DNA of 37,783 nt, from positions 1 to 37,783 of IMG/VR virus record IMGVR_UViG_3300002098_000079; one strand, 5' to 3'. A program made the translations under genes and the position numbers. The stretch's first letter is position 1; every line of letters begins with the position of its first letter. The notes below the pieces were generated by a model, which was not told the DNA's origin, did not search any database, and saw only the letters and a list, made by a program, of their open reading frames with translations. Origin of the DNA: a virus (taxonomy: Duplodnaviria > Caudoviricetes). Of the stretch, positions 35,772 through 37,783 are shown one piece after another.

Positions 35772-35820
35772 TTAAACATTATACCATTCCTATTTCGTAG
35801 TTTGTAGACATAGGGATGGG

Positions 35821-36060
35821 TTAGATTGAGTTTTTAATAAGTTGTTCTCCCTTTTCTGTTAGCCAACCTGTGCGGAGAGAAACACCATATTCAATCAAAT
35901 TGCTGGGAAATGCTGCTGCGCGTTCACAAGCAGAATATGCAACTTTTTCATCACAACTGAATTTATGAGCGAGAATTTCATAAGGAAATTCCTTTTGTTC
36001 TTTTTTGTATTGTTGGTATGCTTTGCAAACTTCTAGGTTTGATATATCTTGTCTTTTCAT
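35821..36060 (-). CDS. Small winged-helix-like phage protein
   Basis: LIEYGVSLRTGWLTEKG wing/LTxxG motif. Confidence 0.65.
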   Translation of the reverse strand: MKRQDISNLEVCKAYQQYKKEQKEFPYEILAHKFSCDEKVAYSACERAAAFPSNLIEYGVSLRTGWLTEKGEQLIKNSI

Positions 36061-36087
36061 ATGTATATATCTCCTATTAATTAGTAA

Positions 36088-36309
36088 TTACGGTAATTCA
36101 ATCCCCTCTCTTTCAAGAAGTTTATTTGCATCCCCTTCTGACGCACCCCAAACCATATCTCCAATATGTCCTGATGTATCATCAATACCCAGCGTGTCTC
36201 CAATCGCTTCTTGAATATATTCAATTTGTTTTCTATTTTTTTCTGCAAGAGACAGAAGCCCAACTATTTGCCAAAACTGTGATTCATTTACTTTTTTTAT
36301 TTTCTTCAT
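36088..36309 (-). CDS. Hypothetical protein, 73 aa
   Basis: ORF with a typical start context. Confidence 0.7.
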   Translation of the reverse strand: MKKIKKVNESQFWQIVGLLSLAEKNRKQIEYIQEAIGDTLGIDDTSGHIGDMVWGASEGDANKLLEREGIELP

Positions 36310-36319
36310 ATATGGTTAG

Positions 36320-36595
36320 TTAAGGATTAGTAATAAGGTTATCTGGTAATTTGACTGCTTTTTTTTCTAAATCTCCGCAATATTCACATTCTTGCCAAAT
36401 ATCTGGCTCGTCAAAATCATCTTTCCATTTATGCTCGGTACATTTTGACTCCCACAAGTGAGAAATTGAAATAGTTGTAATAAATTCTTTGGAACATTTG
36501 TGGCAAGTTTGTGTTCTTTCAGTTCCATCATCGTCATAATCGTCAGCATCAGCGAAACGGGAATGTTTACAATAGGGGCATGTAATGTCGTCCAT
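36320..36595 (-). CDS. Zn-ribbon protein
   Basis: CPYC...CHKC...C..H.W...CEYCG. Confidence 0.75.
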   Translation of the reverse strand: MDDITCPYCKHSRFADADDYDDDGTERTQTCHKCSKEFITTISISHLWESKCTEHKWKDDFDEPDIWQECEYCGDLEKKAVKLPDNLITNP

Positions 36596-36618
36596 ATCTT
36601 TATATAATCTTTAAGTTG

Positions 36619-36768
36619 CTAATCGTCCTTTTTCATTTTTACCCACTTACCCATTATCTTTGTTGCAATGGTTCTATCGCAAAATTCACACCTAGCTCGG
36701 AACACATTGTCTTTATCTTCTTCAATGAAAGGCTTCATGTACATATCACAGTGTTGGCATGTTTCCAT
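36619..36768 (-). CDS. Zn-ribbon microprotein, 49 aa (METCQHC...RCEFC...)
   Basis: Translated by hand; two CxxC pairs. Confidence 0.65.
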   Translation of the reverse strand: METCQHCDMYMKPFIEEDKDNVFRARCEFCDRTIATKIMGKWVKMKKDD

Positions 36769-36801
36769 ATATTTATATTATGTTAATGCACTGGGGGGTA
36801 A

Positions 36802-36960
36802 TTAAATATCCATATTATTTTCACCATCGCAATTATCGCAAGCAATCCATTTAGCATTAGGGTCATTTCCTACATCATTTCTATATCCATCTGGTCGTAA
36901 ACATACATCTGGTTTTTTAAGTCTACATCTTTCACATTCTAATTCTTTTTCTTGTTGCAT
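36802..36960 (-). CDS. Zn-ribbon microprotein, 52 aa (MQQEKELECERC...ACDNC...)
   Basis: Translated by hand; two CxxC pairs; starts 3 nt after the upstream stop. Confidence 0.65.
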   Translation of the reverse strand: MQQEKELECERCRLKKPDVCLRPDGYRNDVGNDPNAKWIACDNCDGENNMDI

Positions 36961-36963
36961 ACT

Positions 36964-37635
36964 CTACTTCTCTCCCTTTACTATCTTGGCGGCATCGACG
37001 AGGAATAATAAATCTTGTTTGAAACATTTGTATCCTCTCAAGAAAGCATCTGAACATTCACCTTTTGCTTCCATATTCTCAATCTCATTTGCAATCTCCG
37101 CCCGCAATCTCTTTTCTTGGGTGGCGAGAGTTGAGCGGATAAAAGAAATTATGTCATCGAGATCCCATTCACAACCGATTTCCGCAGGATCATAATTTAC
37201 TTTATCTCTCAAAATTTCCTCCCAAGATGCTTCGGGTGCAGACGACGAAGCAATTTGTATTTTAGTAATTCCGTCGTGGTGACATTGAGCGCAAGCATTA
37301 AATGAGGGTACGCGTTCATTCACCTTACAGACAGGACATTGGCGAGAAAATTCATCCTTATTCCAGTTTTTCTTATCATTAAAACATCCTAGACGACATC
37401 CATTCACCCAATCTTGTCCGTGCTGACACTTTTCTTTCTGTTCATAACGATCTTTGGTGCATCCGCTCCAACTATACTTTCCTGGACCTTTGTGATTTCC
37501 GTCAACTATTGGCAATCCTCTCTGGCATCCGTCACATTGGTTTATTTCTTTCTGTTCTGTGTGGCATCTACAAGATGAATTAGCACAATCTAATATAGCG
37601 TCACAATTTTTACAGCACTTTGGTGTATTAGACAT
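36964..37635 (-). CDS. Modular Cys-rich protein, 223 aa
   Basis: Four successive Cys/His clusters followed by a helical C-terminus. Confidence 0.7.
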   Translation of the reverse strand: MSNTPKCCKNCDAILDCANSSCRCHTEQKEINQCDGCQRGLPIVDGNHKGPGKYSWSGCTKDRYEQKEKCQHGQDWVNGCRLGCFNDKKNWNKDEFSRQCPVCKVNERVPSFNACAQCHHDGITKIQIASSSAPEASWEEILRDKVNYDPAEIGCEWDLDDIISFIRSTLATQEKRLRAEIANEIENMEAKGECSDAFLRGYKCFKQDLLFLVDAAKIVKGEK

Positions 37636-37638
37636 AGG

Positions 37639-37783
37639 TTACTTCTTTAAGAAGTCAGGTTTATATTTTTTAATATCAACCTTTTTACTATCAACAGTAA
37701 CAATAGGTTTTATGTTTTTTGGAACGTTTTCAGTAATTATATAAAGGCGACGTTTATTATCAATAAAACCTATTCCTTTTTTT
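37639..37783 (-). CDS. 3' part of the junction-spanning 55-aa ORF (GIGFIDNKRRLYIITEN...FLKK)
   Basis: Open from 37776 to the TAA at 37639, 3 nt before the next ATG. Confidence 0.7.
   Translation of the reverse strand, partial: KKGIGFIDNKRRLYIITENVPKNIKPIVTVDSKKVDIKKYKPDFLKK

Noticed and set aside
1-37783. CRISPR array, diversity-generating retroelement or retron
   Set aside because: No regularly spaced repeats, no reverse transcriptase motifs and no TR/VR pair were seen
1-37783. Stop-codon reassignment (genetic code 15 or 25)
   Set aside because: Genes tile densely under code 11; TGA and TAG act as real stops, for example in ATGA overlaps at 716-719, 4592-4595 and 33680-33683

Overview
An apparently complete, circularly permuted ~37.8 kb dsDNA tailed-phage genome with podovirus-type architecture. 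The 7-T runs at the two ends merge to rejoin one ORF in frame. Almost all genes are on the minus strand. In transcription order they are: small early genes, many of them zinc-finger microproteins (37783-35800 and 4700-400, the latter including Sak/Rad52, a PD-(D/E)XK exonuclease, YopX, an HNH-like nuclease and NinB); two tRNA-like RNAs; TerS; PBSX-type TerL; portal; scaffold; major capsid; decoration and fibre genes; a LysM-papain peptidase; adaptor and nozzle; two ejection proteins; an RNA-rich accessory island (7245-8400); a PurD-like ATP-grasp enzyme; endolysin; and holin. AT-rich start contexts without Shine-Dalgarno motifs, leaderless-type promoters and an endolysin without spanins suggest a monoderm host, most plausibly Patescibacteria/CPR (inference). 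The most notable points are: (1) five virion-type proteins with N-terminal signal peptides or membrane anchors; (2) a C4/CI-like antisense switch, a type I toxin-like peptide and a hairpin sRNA clustered in one island; (3) two tRNA mimics with enlarged anticodon arms; (4) an orphan PurD-like ligase; (5) no recognisable replication, integrase or CI-type repressor genes. All calls come from reading motifs by eye, with no database searches.
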